A stretch of DNA of 63,913 bases, the filler included, from Basidiobolus ranarum (lineage: Eukaryota), in the NCBI GenBank assembly GCA_040143965.1. It is 3 parts of 3 records of this genome, joined end to end, with 100 filler letters (N's around TTAATTAATTAA, not from the genome) between each part and the next. Parts side by side here need not be neighbours in the genome. Positions count along the whole stretch, not along the records: positions 1 to 21,348 come from JASJQH010007083.1; positions 21,449 to 42,758 come from JASJQH010007084.1; 1 more part is not named here. The stretch is one strand, 5' to 3'. The translations under genes and the position numbers were made by a program. The stretch's first letter is position 1. Each line of letters starts with the position of its first letter. The notes below the pieces were generated by a model. That model was not told the origin of the DNA and made no database searches. It worked only from the letters and a program-made list of their open reading frames with translations. Positions 13,189 through 25,883 of this stretch are shown here, piece by piece.

Positions 13189-15541
13189 ATGGCAACAGAA
13201 ACTGACGCTGCAATTCCAAAGATTGACTATGATGTTTACACACTTGAGAATGGTCAGCAGGTTCATACAAAAGAGCGAGTGTTAAAAGGTATCAACGTTG
13301 GTATTCGATGTATTATTCAACAATATTAATAATGAATGAAAATCTCCAATAAGACGTTCTCCCTCCTGCAACAACAAAACCTACCGATGAACAATTATAC
13401 TCTAAAGAGCAACCAGAGAAACCTAACTTAGAGTTCTTAAAGGACCACTTTTTCAGGGAAGGGCGACTGACTGAAGAGCAGGCACTTTATATAATTCAAA
13501 AGGGTACTGAAATATTAAGGAGTGAAGCTAACCTCTTAGAGGTTCCTGCTCCAGTTACTGGTAAGGTATCAATTAAAGTCCTTTCAAACACATGCCTAAG
13601 TAACCTTGGGTCTATCGATGTACTATATAGTTTGTGGAGATATTCACGGACAATACTACGACTTATTGAAACTTTTTGAAGTTGGAGGTAACCCAGCCCA
13701 TACTCGATATCTCTTTTTAGGGGATTATGTTGACAGAGGATATTTTTCAATTGAGGTATATTATCACTTTTGGTAATAATTGGGGCTATCATAGCAGTAA
13801 TGGTTTTTTTCAATGTTATCACATATGGACAGTGCGTTTTATACTTATGGTCCCTCAAAATATGGTACCCAGATACCTTATTCTTGCTTCGTGGTAACCA
13901 TGAATGTAGACACTTGACCGAGTATTTTACTTTCAAAACCGAATGTATATACTATATTACGAACTTCAATTGCTTGTGAATTATTGTCTGATTGAAGTTT
14001 TGCTTATTTCAATCTGTATCCAGGCAAGCATAAATACTCTGAAAGAGTATACGATGCATGTATCGAGTCTTTTTGTGCACTTCCTCTTGCTGCGGTTATG
14101 AATAAGCAATTCCTTTGTGTTCATGGCGGTCTGTCCCCGGAATTAGAGACTCTGGAAGATCTGCGCTCAGTATGTAAATTGTGTCATTGAAGCCATAAGA
14201 TATTCTTATTGAATCACGAGTTACATTTGTTTATTATGATAGATTAACCGTTTCCGTGAACCTCCTACTCGTGGTTTGATGTGTGATCTTCTTTGGGCTG
14301 ACCCTTTGGAGGAATTCGGTGCCGAGCGAGGAAACGACTTTTTCATTCATAATCATGTTCGTGGTTGTTCTTACTATTTCAGGTACATCAATGATTATGG
14401 AATTGAAATAAGATTGAGCCAGACGTTCGAAATTAATCATGTAAATTTCAAAGCTATCATGCAGCATGCGCATTCTTGGAAAAAAACAATCTGCTATCCG
14501 TTATTCGAGCTCACGAAGCCCAAGACGCTGGGTAATTAACCCTACATTGCTATTTTTTTTAATAGTCTCTTTAACATGGCTTACAACAGTTACCGCATGT
14601 ACCGTAAAACAAGAACCACTGGATTTCCCTCGGTAATGACCATCTTTTCAGCTCCTAACTATATCGATGTCTATAACAACAAAGGTAAGCAAGTTTTCAG
14701 TCCTTTATGATGCTGTACCATTATTTATTCATCATAACTTACAGCCGCTGTGTTGAAATACGAAAACAATGTCATGAATATTCGTCAGTTCAACTGTACG
14801 CCACATCCCTACTGGCTTCCAAATTTTATGGATGTTTTCACTTGGTCACTTCCATTTGTAGGGGAGAAAAGTAAGTCTTTTGCTGTGGGCTTACAAAATT
14901 TACAACCTAATTCATTGAATCATATTAGTCACCGATATGCTTCTTGCCATACTTAACATTTGCAGTAAAGAAGAACTTGAAGATGAAGTGCAAAAACTTC
15001 CAGAGGCCAAAAAAGGTGCAAAAAATCCAAGATATTCTCATTTATATCTTACACTATCTAACCTTACAACCACTGTATGATTCACTCCCTAGTTGTCGAT
15101 ATCGATCCTGAAGTTCAAGCACGTAGGAATGTTATTAAAAATAAGATTCTAGCAGTTGGCAAAATGGCTCGGGTGTTCTCGGTCCTCAGGTATATATTCT
15201 TTGTATCTCATTGATGTTTGGGAAGCCTGGTTAATTTATCTTTGGCATTTTCTCTTAGGGAGGAATCTGAGAGTATCGCTGAGTTGAAGAATTTAATGGG
15301 AACTAAGCAACTTCCTTATGGCTCTTTGGCTTTGGGCGCTGAAGGTATCAAACTTGCTATTACTTCGTTTGAAGATGCCAAACGCTCTGACCTTGAGAAT
15401 GAACGATTACCTCCACTTCCTAGCGAAGTTCCAACCAAAGATACCATCAAAAATGCCATGGATCAGGAACCTGCTCATGAGTTAACATCTGTTGCGGATG
15501 CGATTGCCAATGAAACTGTAAAAACTCGGCATAATTCGTAA
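13189..15541 (+). CDS. CNA1: Calcineurin catalytic subunit A (PP2B), multi-exon
   Basis: PPP motifs [41 protein letters not shown]; CnB-binding [23 protein letters not shown]; calmodulin-binding [23 protein letters not shown]; autoinhibitory [19 protein letters not shown]. Confidence 0.98.
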
Positions 15542-16034
15542 ATAATCCCGATTAAATAAGGTTTTTTAAGGATAAGCAAATGGAAAGAAATGGACACAAT
15601 AACCTATTTACCTTTTTATTTCGGAATCGATTCAACGATTCGAGATCAACCTATTCAAAAATCACTTTTTTATTTCTTGTTTAGTTTTACCTTCTCACAG
15701 TGAGAAATTCATCAACATTTCAAGTTCACTCAACCAAAAATCTGGAACAAATAATTCAATCTTTATGAACCACACTCTTTCTCAACCTTATATTCACCTG
15801 AGTCATCTTGTTTTCTTCATCACTATTGGACGAGATCATCTCTTCAATTTTTTTATTGAATATGTATACAGTTTTTTTCTACACTGCTAGCAATAAATTG
15901 CTATTGAGTTAAACAGTATTTGAATTGATAATAGTCAATACCTCCTATAATAAAACTATTGGAGATATTTTAAATGTTGAGAATTTTGTCAAGAATTTTA
16001 AAGAAATGGATGAATTGTGAGTTTAAGAGATGTT

Positions 16035-16340
16035 TTTTGAAGTATTTTGAGAGTATGTTAGAAGTGGTTTGGAGAATTAGAAGAAATGGTGGGGATTTTC
16101 ACTCATTTATTTATTTAAGTAGAAAGTTGACATTTATAGTTTTTCCAAAGGGTAAACAAAAAATGTGTAGAATATGTTAAGGAAGGTCCCAGAAATGTTT
16201 GAGGCTTTTAGGACAGGTTCTAAAATCTTCCAAGTAAATTCCTCTTGAGAATAATGAGTGATATCTTAGTGAAATGTGGAATAACTAAATACTGAACTAT
16301 ATATGACCATATAGGTGTCCAGGATAAATCAATTTTAACA
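16035..16340 (-). mobile_element. Degenerate solo LTR, family A (inverted)
   Basis: GAAGTGGTTTGGAGAATTAG...AGTAGAAAGTTGACATTTATAG...AATTTTAACA is the reverse complement of family A. Confidence 0.75.
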
Positions 16341-16408
16341 ATATTTATATTCTTGAATCTAGAGTATAGGAATATAGTACTACTAAGCCATGCAAGTATT
16401 TTTAAAAT

Positions 16409-17074
16409 TGTTGGATAGTAAATCTTTACTCACATCTTAGTCAACTTTAGTAATCATATATATATTGGAAACAAGAAGGCAATGTATCTATAGCCCCTAT
16501 ATACTAATGGGAAGTATCTCTATATCTGTTTAACCAATATATCCTATTACTGTTGAAATTAGCATTGCCTAAATACCTATATAGTCATATATTACTTGGT
16601 ATTTAGTCATCTTATATTTTGCCAAGATATAACCCATTATTCTCAAGAGGAATTTACTTTGAATATTTTTACCAACCTAAAAGTTCTCAGCTATATAGAT
16701 TTTTCAAACTTGTGTTAGAGGCCCCAAACTTTGCACACACGTTTCTAGGACCTTCCTTAACACATTCAGCACATTAGTTTGCTTACATCTTTACAAAGGT
16801 ATATATGTCAACTGTTTACTCAATAAATCAATAGTTGAATACTACCAAATTCTCTAATTCTTCAAACCACTTCCAACAGGCTCCCAAATACTTGAACAAT
16901 TATCCCCATTTTCTAATATATATTATTACACAAACTCCTGAATATCTCAAACAATGATTTACTCCTCTTCTATATAAGTCACCATATTTTCTTAAGAATA
17001 AAGTGACCAAATCACCATCATAAATTGCCATGAATATACAAAGTCTATCCCCGTTATGTCAAGATCCTCCAACA
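16409..17074 (+). mobile_element. Solo LTR, family B, interrupted by a family A LTR
   Basis: TGTTGGA...TCCAACA ends, perfect 5-bp TSD AAAAT on both sides (16404-16408, 17075-17079). The two halves match the reverse complement of 23155-23469 and 63554-63869. Contains TATATAAG and AATAAA. Confidence 0.88.
16551..16898 (+). mobile_element. Solo LTR, family A, nested in the family B LTR
   Basis: TGTTGAAA...TTGAACA, 348 bp, flanked by ATTAC/ATTAT (5-bp TSD, one mismatch); internal TATATAG and AATAAA. Confidence 0.85.
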
Positions 17075-17594
17075 AAAATATTGGTGGGAGTAAAATGGTT
17101 CATCTAGAGATTAAATATAAATATATACAACTTTGTACCAAGTGATATTTAACCAAAAAATATTCACTAACTTGGATAAGATTTACCAAATAGTGAGATT
17201 GGGAAAATAATTAACAAAATCAAAATCAACTTTCACATTCACTTTCACTGTCACTTTTACATACTAGTCTTCTAATTTATCCTGAAATATTTATAAACTT
17301 GAAAAATTCTTGTTTATTAAGCAACTAATACTACTAAAAATGCTGAGATTTCATTGAAATTTCCCTTTAAAAAATGTCCAATACAAAAACAAAATTCTTT
17401 TTATATTACATTATATGAACTGATGATTTTCATTTCATCAAGCAATATTGGAGTTGGATTCCATGTGAATTGGAACTGAATGATTCTTTCATAGCAGTAA
17501 TTTACGAATATTATAAACAATAACGTTCAGCATTGTCAATTAGATTTTCAAACTCATTGAGGAACTAGAATTGAAAGAGAAGTTAGTGTTCGCA

Positions 17595-20029
17595 TTATTG
17601 CTCTTGAGGTTGAAAGAATTTACTTGTTCTTACCACTCCAATCAGGTTGATCTTTTCTAAACGATGAATGATTTCTTGAGTAGAGGTAACCTCAATATCA
17701 ATACCAAGCCCTTGTATATTGTGAATGATTCTCCTGAAAGTTTGAAATTTGAAATGGTAAAGTTGATGGAAAATTAAACTTCGTTGATGACACATATTCC
17801 CTAGTATATATTCTGACACATCTGATTCAAATTGTATACTCTCTGGCTCAAAGGAAGAATAGCAAAGATCAAGCTCAGGATCCCCAAATTCACAATCGTC
17901 ATCTGTTATCTAAAACTCAACTTAGTCAAATCACAGTGAAGTGGATAAACAAAATTTACCCATACTTTGAGCGTTTTGCGATCATACTCTGGACCAAGTA
18001 AGTTGACTTGAAACGATACGGTCCTCATTCTCATGCAGCCAGTACAACGGGTGTGTACTTTTGGTATGGGCTGCGAAACGTAGATGGGGCACATCTTCAG
18101 GTCATCCTAAAGAGAAGTTCTTGAAGTTCAATGACAGATTACAGACAAGTAGACTTCTCAATTCACTATACCGTAAACTCTTGCGACCATCCTTGGCTAA
18201 TAACCAAGCTGTTGCTATACATATCCAATCGCTTCTCAACCTGTACAACTGAATCTTTCATAAGATCCTCTATATGAGCCAATTCGTTAGGATCTTTTGT
18301 CTATTTTTCAACAATGTGCAAGCTTTGATACCTTTATCATGTGATGAACCATCGACTAACGTGGGATCGATGGCGTAGTAGATTAGGTAATGAACAAATC
18401 GTTGAAATGCAGTATTGAAATCCTGGCACTTTGACAAACTAAATTCCTCTAAAGTTCAATGTTTAACTAAGGAATAATTAATTAGATGTATGGTGTACAA
18501 GGTTACCTGGCAGCTGAGCGATTTCTTCTATGGACTCATCGTCAGCAATGAAATCTTCCAACTCAGATGTCGTCTCTTCGAAAGATTCTATATCAGATGT
18601 TTCCAAGTTGTTTTCGTAATCACAATACGGCTCTTGAACGGCAGAGGCGTCTGAATAAATGGGGTTGTTAGATTCTTCAATACTATGTGATCTTTAGCAC
18701 TCTCATTTATATTACCTTTGGTTTTATCGATCAACGCTCGGTATTTAGAAACTTGTGTGCCCATTCCTCTAGTTCTACTAGAAATGATTGCTTTTATGGG
18801 GTATCGTAAATAAAATGTACTTGTGCATATATGACCTTGAGAAGGAAAGGTACGAACCATTTTTGTTCAAGTGGGATATCTCTTCTTCCTCGATTTGCTC
18901 ATTTTCTAGCTTTTTCTTTTGTAACAAACGTTTCCGTCGCGGGGTTTCGATGGTCTGTACATCATCTTCAGAAGATGTATCAATTCTCATAAGGTTTCTT
19001 TTCTTAGGTGTGGTAATTTGGGTTATTTCTGTATCAGAATCCTCACTATTTTGGTCTAAAATGAGGTTTTTCTTACGAGCCTTTCGTGGTGTATGTACTA
19101 TCTCGTCCTTATCGGAGTTATTAGCCTCATCTAGAGATATGCGAGCGGTTTTAACCATAGGATTATCAAGTGGTTTCTTCTCCCTCGACTTTACTACCGA
19201 GCGTTTCTTTCGAGATTTACGTGATGATTGGTAATTATTTTTAACCTCCCTAGAGCGAGATGCACTAAGGTAAGCCAACGAGTTTCGTACTTCGACATCC
19301 GATTCACCACTGCTAATCTGATGAACAACAAGTGATTTTTGAGGATATGAATATGGCTTTAGGGGTACATGATAAGCCGGATCATCCATCTTAAAAGGAT
19401 CTTCTACGTTGGAGGTCGTCAGTTTGGGTGACCTCGCGTTGCCAATAAGTTTCGTTTGATAAGAGCTTGAATTTTCTTTGGTTAAATATTCAGAGCTAAT
19501 ATTATTTTTCGGCTCATAAAGTTTCATCTTTTTCTGAAGAATCTCACCAAAAGTTTCAGTAGGATTTTTACTATTATAAAGAGTTAAATAGAAGTATTCA
19601 GTATGAAGTTAAAAAGTATAATATGAAAGCCACTCTTTCACAAAGTATCCTATATTAAAAATGGTTTACTAACGTTTGTGAATCTACATTGGTAAACGTT
19701 TTCTGTACATCTTCATACATTTCTATCGGAGTAGAGGCTGTAGAGCTTGGTACCATCTCAGGGTTAAAAAAAGCCTTCCTTATTTTGAAAGTGTTAGTTT
19801 CTAGTTTTAAACAACCTCTTAAATTGGTCTAGATTTCGGTAATTAAAGTAAAGAACGGTAACAGTTCCTACTCAATAAATAAACAAGGTTATAATGTATC
19901 AATCAGATAAACATACTCATGATTAGGCGAATTGGATATTTCAACTACAGGAAATAGTAAGCGTTTTTTGGGATTACGACTAGCTCTCCGTTCACCGTTA
20001 GTTTGACTGTCTTCAAGTATATCTTTCAT
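17595..20029 (-). CDS. DUF4211/CCDC82-like protein with long low-complexity N-terminus (multi-exon; start uncertain)
   Basis: C-terminal exons read FNTAFQRFVHYLI...SQGWSQEF...CTGCMRMR...LLGPEYDRKTL...ILGNMCHQRSLIFHQLYHFK, the Cys/His pattern of DUF4211. Charged, NLS-like region upstream (18778-19527). Confidence 0.7.
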
Positions 20030-20964
20030 CTCACTCTTTGTATGTAGATACATATATACAAATACATATGCATATAAGTGAAGCGTATATAATAATATGT
20101 ACTTTGTACTTACAGTAACAATGTAAAGAGAGAAGGGATATTCTCATCTAACAAACAAAGTTCCAGTTAATAAATCAGTACCTCTGCTAATATCCCGGAC
20201 TGTGATCGCATGAAATCAAAATAAATCAATAACAAGATTCAAAAAATCAATCACTTGCGGTAATTATATACATTGGTGACGTGTTCGTGTTGTAGTGACT
20301 ACGATTACTCAGTTGTCAAAAGCTACCGCAGTCGTGAGTAAAATTCTAAATACTTTAATGGTTTTAACTTGTTGGTACCGCAAGTGATTGGACATTAAGA
20401 GCCATAGCTAAAGGAAGCCCATAAGAGTCTTGTAGGAGAATGAATACATCTACAGGACGGAGTTTCATTGAAATATCTGACGCACGTTCGCATTCTTTAT
20501 TTGCATTTATCATGTACGAGGAGAAGTTACATTGATTTGAGGCAACGCCCCCAACAAGGAACCCTACGTCAATTATTCCAGTTGAGAAAAAGAGGATTCA
20601 AGGAGTGAAGGATATATCTTATAACAAGTAGATAGCTGGTATGTGCGTGTTTACATAAAGGGATAGATTGGAGTTTCAGAAATAGTCCATGATAGCAGCC
20701 AAACAAAAGGTTGGCGGATGATTCAATGCCCGTTTGGGAGAAAGAAATGAAGTCTAGAAAAAATTAGGATAATATCGTTGGCATTGTATAATGCGATGAA
20801 TACAACTTCAGTGTATCAAATATATTACATGCAAGGTATAGGCCATATTTGATAACCATCGAAAGACGAATGGTAACGAGACAACCAAGCTCTAGGGTGA
20901 AGGTATTTTTGGTATTACATCTGAACGAAGGAGGAAGAGCGATGAGGAGTGAAGCAACGAGCAT

Positions 20965-21326
20965 CTACGCAAACCTCAACTCCAACAATGCTAGAAGCAT
21001 GTCCTGCAACACATGAATGATCACCAATATCATGACCACTACGATTTCCGGATACCTTAGGAAGTCCTGCGCCGCCTCTCGCGTGATGCTGTGCTTGTAT
21101 AGTTTTTTGAAACTTAGTCTGGTGAAATAAGATGAAACAATCTCACAACCCCAGACAAAAGTACTGGCCCATAGTGTCATTTCCAGGGTGTAAGGATCCT
21201 CTGGGTTTTTTTTAAATTGTAGATAAGGATATAGTTTAGCGTTGGGCCCGAAGTTGAGGATGATAACCCATCCCAAGAAGGCCATCATGGTCACGTTTTC
21301 AGCGATATTTCGAATGAAAAACGCCC
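20965..21326 (-). CDS. Last exon of an uncharacterised multi-pass membrane protein (5' part beyond contig end)
   Basis: Open frame after an AG acceptor, three hydrophobic segments, clean stop; truncated by the spacer. Confidence 0.65.
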
Positions 21327-21348
21327 CTTAATTGATGAACAGTCTAGC

Positions 21349-21448
21349 NNNNNNNNNNNNNNNNNNNNNNNNNNNNNNNNNNNNNNNNNNNNTTAATTAA
21401 TTAANNNNNNNNNNNNNNNNNNNNNNNNNNNNNNNNNNNNNNNNNNNN
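21349..21448. other. Artificial contig spacer
   Basis: N44-TTAATTAATTAA-N44; the linker has stops in all six frames. Confidence 0.98.
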
Positions 21449-21651
21449 TCAGAATTTCTTTGGTCTAGGACGGAGAAGGTGTTCCAGATGGAACGATCGC
21501 CTGGGAGTGTGGTGTTCTTGATCCAATCGTAGTTGGCATGGAAGTAAAAATTCTCGGCAGCCGCAGGAACTTGAGGTGGCAGGTCTTGAGCACACACTGA
21601 GCTACCAGTGATGGCCAAGGACAATAGAAGCAGTTTAGCAGTAGTGCGCAT
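21449..21651 (-). CDS. Secreted M13 (neprilysin/PepO-like) metallopeptidase, N-terminal fragment
   Basis: Signal peptide MRTTAKLLLLSLAITGSSVCA followed by ENFYFHANYDWIKNTTLPGDRSIWNTFSVL, matching the M13 N-domain opening D/NFY.xAN..W......P.D.S.W..F..L; truncated by the spacer. Confidence 0.8.
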
Positions 21652-23154
21652 ATCAGTCAGTTAATCAACAAATGAAGAACTTGGATAGTGATTAGAGAGG
21701 AACGTCGGTTGGATTATATAGCTTGATGCTGTCCCGCAAATTAATCTAGTCAACCAATAACTCTGATCAGATGATAGACTTGGATTGGAAGGCAGAGAAG
21801 TACAACTTGCCCTGGTGTCTCATATAGTATGCTGTCTACGCAGTACAAAATCCGAGTATTCTAGTTGTTGCAAGCATCCGTGGGGAAAGCCAAGTTTATC
21901 ACCCGATGAGCTCAGTATTGTCAAATATGATAAACCGCCTACGCTACTTAATCTGGCCTTATTACCATAACCATTGGCTAGATAACTCTGGATTTGGCTA
22001 AGACTCATGACTAAGTAGCCAATTATAGTAACTGCTTTAAATCGAAGTAATAGTTGGAAAACCTGAACACATAGGGAGTGATAAAGCAGATCGGTTCCTG
22101 TTAGTGATATATCCCTGTAATCGCTGTTAGGTAAGATAGTCCTGGGAAAGACGAAGTGAGTTGTCATATTTTCTCGTACGATTTAGGTTTTATCAAGTTT
22201 AAACGTGGTAATGAAGTAATTCAATATGTGCAACATTTGTATATTGTTTGCCATGCTCACGCTCACTTATTGTTAGATAGATTTGAAGTAGTACTGTAAA
22301 AACAGTCATACTATTCAATCTTGCCACGAATTGGTCTGCAATTCGGATTTTACCTAGTTGGAATGTTATGGAATAGATGACAATGTTGCTCAAGCGCAAT
22401 CTTGAAGAGCTGTGAAATTTCTCGTTACTCCATCGTGTGCTAAAATTGCAATGTGGCTAATTGTATTCCTAATAGCACTGTCTATCCCATGTAATACCAT
22501 TAGTACAATGCAGTTACTTACTAGGAAAGACTGTCATGTACATTGATATTCCTTCATTAGTGAAGAACAGTGATCCGGATAGCGCCTTGAAGAATAGTAA
22601 CCGATACTCGGACCATTTACTCTGTATATTCGTCGCTAGGATGTGATATCGGCATTGCCATACCATACATGAAGTACAATGCCGCTGTAACTCATTCCTT
22701 TTTTTGTTCAATTTTTCGACCATAATATCTTCACATTCATCAGACGAACAGCCTTAAAACTACTTGTAGGCCTTTATTCGCGTATGTATAATCAACTCTG
22801 AAGTCTCCTAAAATGATGTATCGACAATTGTGGTTAAGATTACTGATCAGCTGATGTTGTCCTTCCGGTGTTATCATTAAGCTGCTCACTATTATCACTC
22901 ATGGGAAAGCCACACATGTGAAAATTCTGATGATCATCCATTGAATTAAATAATAAATTGATTTCCTCCATGCATGCTAAAGCTCAATATTGAAGTATCA
23001 CTGGTCTTATCTTAGTTAGTAATGTGATCTTGCTCTGGCAACTTTTGATCTTCATTTTTATGATTTTGAGCCAGCCTAGTTTACAATTATATATGAGGTC
23101 ACTCACGCTGTAAGAGATATTCTCTTGGAAGCACTCTGCTTTGATAGGTGTTTT

Positions 23155-23469
23155 TGTTGGAGGATCTTGACATAAGGGGAGTAGACTTTGTATATTAGAG
23201 GTAACTTATGATAGTATTTTAGCTACTTTGTTTTTAAGAGAATATGATGACTTATATAGCCAAGAAGTAAATCAATTATTTGAGATATTCTGGAGTCTGT
23301 GTAATAAGATATAATAGATAAGCAGGGTTAATAAGACATACTGGTCATATAGATATAGAGATATTCCTAATTAGAATATAGGGGCCATAGATGCGTTGCT
23401 TTCTGTTTCTGATATATGTATCATAACTAAAGTTAACCAAGATGTTGAATAAAGGTTAATTATCCAACA
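23155..23469 (-). mobile_element. Solo LTR, family B
   Basis: 315 bp, TGTTGGA...TCCAACA, flanks GTTTT/GTGTT (TSD with one mismatch); colinear with 63554-63869. Confidence 0.85.
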
Positions 23470-23751
23470 GTGTTCAGTACTACAGAATCTATTACACTTT
23501 CTAGATCTGATCTTGACATTTTGAATATAATATGAGGTGAAGAAGTTACTTTGCGAGCTGTCATGTATGTATGAACAGTTTATTGCATTACCATCTACGC
23601 TATATGAATTTTGATTATCATCAATATAGAGCAGTTGGACATCACAGATTTTAACGATCTCCACAAAATATGTTGTGAAATTTGATCGATTCTTAAAGTG
23701 GCGATTGAAGCTATATTCAAGTGAAACAACCAAGACCACTGGCAAAGACAA

Positions 23752-24000
23752 TATTAGCAAAAATTTGGAGTTTATTATGTGCAATAATTGGAGATATTTC
23801 AAATAATGTACGTGTTTATGCAAAAGAATACTGAGCTCAAATTGGATTCGCCGACTATTATAAGCAACACAGACCAAAGTGACATTCCAAAAATTTGGAG
23901 CTTATTATGCTCAGTACTTAGAGATATTGCAAATAATGTAGAGTTTTAGACAATAGAATATTGAATTCAAAACGGATCTGCTGATCATAGGAAAAAACAA
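23752..24000. repeat. Diverged tandem duplication, 130-bp period
   Basis: AAAATTTGGAG.TTATTATG...GAGATATT.CAAATAATGTA at 23760 and 23890. Confidence 0.75.
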
Positions 24001-25644
24001 AAGCAGCATTCCGAAGAGGAATCGAATCACCTTCTCAGTGTCAGATATTGCTATTTGGGTTTGATTGAGCTGTGTGTTGAATATATAGTTGATTCAAGCG
24101 GTAAACCCAAAGATATTTTCCATTAAAATGCTTGCAAAAAATGGGACTCAGTCATAAACTATAGTGTATCAATACTATTGTATGTCGAGAACTAATATAG
24201 ATTATCTATTTCTGTTAAATGACCATCTATAATAACGGATATTTTGTATTGTATTTAAAGAACAAGCGTAGAAGTTACAATTCCCATATGAGGCTATTGA
24301 TGATGATAGAAGATGAGAAGCAAAACCAATACTAACCGATGAAGAAGTAGTGAGCGTAATACAGATCCAAAATATCAATTCCTAGTAGCCAACTGAATAG
24401 AGGACAAAAAATACAGTGCTGGCAAAGATAGTACTCAGAAGGTAGATAGTAGTATATGCCAGCCTTTGCTTCGTCAGCTTGCTGATTACTGTGATATAGC
24501 AATTTATAAGTGAACATGCAAAAAGGTTCATCAGTTAGCATTACTGCTTTGTGTTATTACTAGTATAGTATATTTGCAACTATCACTGCTACTGTTAGAG
24601 CCAACTTTATAATAAAATATTACAAACCAAGAATTGACTGACATATTAGTAAAGAAATTTGAATTAAAATAGTCAACAACAAGAAGAATGGTTATATCTT
24701 CGAGATATTTAGATGAGAGATAACGATAGTAACAATTTATTCATTCACATTTGTGATTAACATAGTAATGCTGATTAAATTAAAGCCATACTTATTAGAA
24801 GAAAAATTTGATATGAAACATGTATCTTGGTCAATCGAAAGGACTGATCAAGCAATATACAAAAGGAAAGATATATTCACATCACAACGGTATTTGTGTT
24901 GTCTTAATTAACAATTAGTACAAAGGCAGTAAAGAAGTGTTTTTTAAGAAAACTCACTGTTCCCAAATCACCAGGCCTCCATGAAAGTATCATCCATGGT
25001 AGAGTAAAGCAAGTGCCAAACTGTCACTGGAGTACTAAGCTATATAATATGTATAGCATTCGTCAATATCTAGCTTAAGTGGTATAAGAAATGTTTGTTA
25101 CCATTTGAGTCGGTTTGGCCTAGGCTTTGTGATCTTGGTGATGTCATCTTGAAGGCTTATATTCGTATTAGAAATAGATATACGTATGTTCCACATACTA
25201 AAAGGCTGCCTAAAGACAGTCTTTCATATAGCCTCAGATTGTAGGCTTAACACAATAGTCATGCTTGGATTACGAGTCTCATTTGGTTTGTCTCTTCCCC
25301 AAATTACATATATCCGCCATTTGATCGCTCTTACTGCAGCAGTGTGAACTCGACCATCATACTGGAAGAGGATAAGTCGAGCTTCGAGATTAAAACGACT
25401 ATTCATGACACTAGTGACAATACATCGTGGCAGCCATCATCAAGGCCTAAAAAGGGCCACGACATCGAGACAAAGTACTTTGTTCAACTATTTATTCTGA
25501 GCTTATCACGTTCTGATTTGTATTGAGCATATTCCAAGTCACTAAGACATAGATACGCCAACAGAGACTTCTATGGCCAAGTGGTACTAAGAAGGGGGTA
25601 GAAGTAATCAGACCAATGTCGATCTGTTGAGTTCTACTATAACA

Positions 25645-25750
25645 GGATGTCACACTATGGGATATGGAAATTAAAATGGCAAGTGTATCACAGCGGGATG
25701 TCACATCCTGAGATATGGGAGTTAAAATAGCAAGTGTATCTCCATCACAG
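25645..25750. repeat. Two-copy tandem repeat, 51-bp period
   Basis: GGATGTCACA...GATATGG...TTAAAAT.GCAAGTGTATC at 25645 and 25696. Confidence 0.8.
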
Positions 25751-25883
25751 CCACTTTTCATAACTCTCTCTCTCACCACTTGAATATCTATCCTTATTGG
25801 GGGAGAGTCTCAGTTAGAGTACCATTAAAAATAGAGAAAGCTGCTTATAATGAGCCACCCAATTTTACTATCCTTAAATCACA

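Noticed and set aside
13496..13936. Antisense ORFs over real genes (also 18788-19234, 45359-45727, 30152-30412)
   Set aside because: Shadow frames of CNA1, DUF4211, P4-ATPase and BBE genes with no independent signal.
21349..21448. Palindromic TTAATTAATTAA inside N runs (also 42759-42858)
   Set aside because: Identical 100-bp construct twice with six-frame stops: an assembly or concatenation linker, not biology. ORFs and gene order across it are not meaningful.
23371..23877. 168-aa minus-strand ORF
   Set aside because: Runs through an LTR and a tandem duplication, non-ATG start, non-protein-like composition.
23752..25750. CRISPR-like or regularly spaced repeat arrays
   Set aside because: Only two diverged copies each (130-bp and 51-bp periods), no repeat-spacer structure, no cas genes, eukaryotic context.
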